From contig OY762007.1 in assembly GCA_963665115.1 (NCBI GenBank), positions 320,001 to 384,000 on the forward strand: a stretch of 64,000 nt of DNA. The letters are read 5' to 3'. Below are positions 62,105 to 64,000 of the stretch, in pieces. This stretch comes from an uncultured Rivularia sp. GTDB lineage: Bacteria > Cyanobacteriota > Cyanobacteriia > Cyanobacteriales > Nostocaceae. The first letter of the stretch is position 1. Each line of letters opens with the position of its first letter. The translations under genes were made by a program, and so were the position numbers. A model generated the notes under the pieces. The model made no database searches. It was not told where the DNA came from and worked only from the letters and a program-made list of their open reading frames with translations.

Positions 62105-64000
62105 ATGCTAAATTCTAAACTGAAATCAAACCTTCCCCGCAAAAATAAACGAAATCGCCGCAATAAACGTATTTACGATTATCGTCCTTTGCTGATGACA
62201 TTTTTACTTACAGGTAGTAACTGGTTGTCAGCATTGCCATTATTAGCCGCCAGTCCGACACCTGGAACGGTAATTGATAACCAAGCAACTGGTAGTTTTA
62301 CTGACCCAAATGACAATAATAACGAAGTACAAATTGAATCAAACGTAGTTCAAGTAGAAGTTGCTGAAGTTGCGGGTATCACTATTTCCCAATCAGCCGT
62401 CCCAGAAGAAGCCCCCAGTGGTGTTAGCGGTGCGGGAGCTAATCAAGGCAATGGTGATATTAACCCCGATGATATTATTTACTTTACTTATAAAATTACT
62501 AACGTTGGTAACGATCCTACACAATTCTTTATTCCTGACGCACCTTCTTCAGTTAACAATGGTAATCTTAACGGAAATATTCAAATTATTGAATATGACC
62601 CCGATGGTTCTGGTGCAACTGCTGCAACTGATTTAAGTGGTTCTCCTATAACTATTCCCAGTGGTGGAATTAGTACAGGAGATGCTGCTGCTTTAGATTT
62701 ACCTAACGGTTCTATTCCCCCTGAAGGTACAGTAACAATTCGCGTTCCCATCAAAGCTAGTTCCACATTGATTGATGGGGATACAGTAACGGTGGTCATG
62801 GGTGATACTAACCCTGTAGGCGGACAAAACCAAGTTTACGCTGCTGGGACCAATGATGTTTATACCCAAGATAATCCAGATGGGACAACGGGGGAAACCA
62901 ATGGGACTCCAATAAATGGAGACGCTACAAATCATCGACAGGAAGCGAGTTTTAGTCAAGAAGTGACAATCGTGGCAAATCCTAGCGGTCCCGTTGTTAC
63001 TACAAACTTTTGCTCCAGTGCTTACAACATGATTTACTCGGGGCATTTCCCTAATAGGATCGATGCGATTCACGTTGATAGCGGTGCTTCTGTGCCGTTG
63101 ACAACATCAAATGTTGCTGCTAACACTAACAGTCTCGCTAGCGACCATGTTAATAACTTAGTTTACTATGCAGAAAACCAGTCTATTTATGCCTGGAGTC
63201 CAATTACTAATACACATACTGTGATTACAAGTAATATAAAAGGCTTCGCTGGCACTAGCAATATTAGCAGTCTTAGTAGTGGTGGTGCAGCTTTTTATAA
63301 TGGCTCGCTCTACCTGGGTATTGATGAAAATCAACATACTGGTGGTGCTGAAGTGTATAAAGTTGATTTTGTACCTGCTTCCAATGGTCAGACAGTTCAA
63401 AGCGTGACTTCGCTTAATATCGCTAGTTTGATTCCACCTAGCGATTGGGGGGATCTTAGTATTGATAATAATGGTGTAATGTTAGGTGCTACCCCCGGTG
63501 GCTTTTGGACTTATAACCTAAACAACGGTACATACACCTCTCTTTCCAATAACCTTCCAGGAGGCCAGCACCAACTAGCTAAAGATGGCCAAGGTCGCCT
63601 ATGGGCTGTAGTTTACACGCCGAATAAATTCATCTTTCAAGTTCAGGTTGTTGGTAATAGCATTCAACAAGTAGGTCAAACTATTTCTGTAGATCCTCAT
63701 GACACTAATGATGCTGCTGAATGTGTAATTGGTGAGTCTAGTATAGGCGACCGTGTTTGGAATGATGCTAATGAAAATGGCGTGCAAGATGCTGGAGAAG
63801 ATGGTATTGAGAATGTCACAGTTGACTTGTACTGGGACATTAACGGCAATGGTCAAATTGATAATGGTGACGATCCTGTATTAGCAACCCAAACCACAGG
63901 TACTGATGGTAATTATGATTTTCCTGACCTAATTTTTGGTAATTATATTGTTAAAGTTTCCGATACCAATGGAGTGCTTACAAACGCTTCATTGACTAGT
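62105..64000 (+). CDS. Secreted DUF11-type protein (partial): N-domain like the 45685 protein plus a copy of the 60100 propeller/SdrD-B region
   Basis: Not in the ORF track because it has no stop in the window. Reads MLNSKLK...LPLLA/ASPTPGTVIDNQATGSF..ESNVVQVEVAEVAGITI..YKITNVGND, in frame with NFCSS at 63005. Confidence 0.85.
   Translation, partial: MLNSKLKSNLPRKNKRNRRNKRIYDYRPLLMTFLLTGSNWLSALPLLAASPTPGTVIDNQATGSFTDPNDNNNEVQIESNVVQVEVAEVAGITISQSAVPEEAPSGVSGAGANQGNGDINPDDIIYFTYKITNVGNDPTQFFIPDAPSSVNNGNLNGNIQIIEYDPDGSGATAATDLSGSPITIPSGGISTGDAAALDLPNGSIPPEGTVTIRVPIKASSTLIDGDTVTVVMGDTNPVGGQNQVYAAGTNDVYTQDNPDGTTGETNGTPINGDATNHRQEASFSQEVTIVANPSGPVVTTNFCSSAYNMIYSGHFPNRIDAIHVDSGASVPLTTSNVAANTNSLASDHVNNLVYYAENQSIYAWSPITNTHTVITSNIKGFAGTSNISSLSSGGAAFYNGSLYLGIDENQHTGGAEVYKVDFVPASNGQTVQSVTSLNIASLIPPSDWGDLSIDNNGVMLGATPGGFWTYNLNNGTYTSLSNNLPGGQHQLAKDGQGRLWAVVYTPNKFIFQVQVVGNSIQQVGQTISVDPHDTNDAAECVIGESSIGDRVWNDANENGVQDAGEDGIENVTVDLYWDINGNGQIDNGDDPVLATQTTGTDGNYDFPDLIFGNYIVKVSDTNGVLTNASLTS
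63005..64000 (+). repeat. Near-identical copy of 60265-61260
   Basis: Constant offset of 2740 bp; roughly 14 substitutions counted by eye, no indels seen. Confidence 0.95.

Noticed and set aside
7027..63856. Numerous 60-140 aa antisense or overlapping ORFs in the track
   Set aside because: They lie opposite or within well-supported genes and show no motifs
60265..64000. Diversity-generating retroelement TR/VR pair
   Set aside because: The repeat is ~1 kb, differences are not adenine-specific, and there is no reverse transcriptase in the window

Overview
This is AT-rich chromosomal DNA from a filamentous cyanobacterium, probably Nostocales/Rivulariaceae-like. That call rests on many HIP1 GCGATCGC octamers, heptamer STRR repeats and the genes acsF, ndhV, ccmS and crtH. 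From left to right the window holds: an HTH-NB-ARC regulator; a porin-like gene with a tnpB-only IS200/IS605 element behind it; a sigma-like/DUF1822/CHAT-protease-TM-PstS operon; ABC and SPFH genes; two tandem LRR genes; a cobalamin-riboswitch btuB-(HemS-like/ferredoxin)-btuF-btuC operon divergent from cbiMNQO; purT; a type II R-M pair; crtH-isaR1-upp; acsF; ndhV; and a thrC-like/MoaD pair. The last ~18 kb (45.7-64 kb) is a co-oriented cluster of secreted DUF11 proteins, a giant outer-membrane barrel and an OmpA protein, with a RAYT transposase and REP arrays inside it. Best candidate for an undescribed system: the DUF11 proteins carry split domains, with N-terminal donor strands and C-terminal incomplete acceptor domains. 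This pattern predicts a head-to-tail, possibly isopeptide-crosslinked fibre with base, shaft, cap and tip subunits. Seven genes have single-base insertions in short homopolymers, most likely sequencing errors. All family assignments are from motif recognition by eye; no searches were run.
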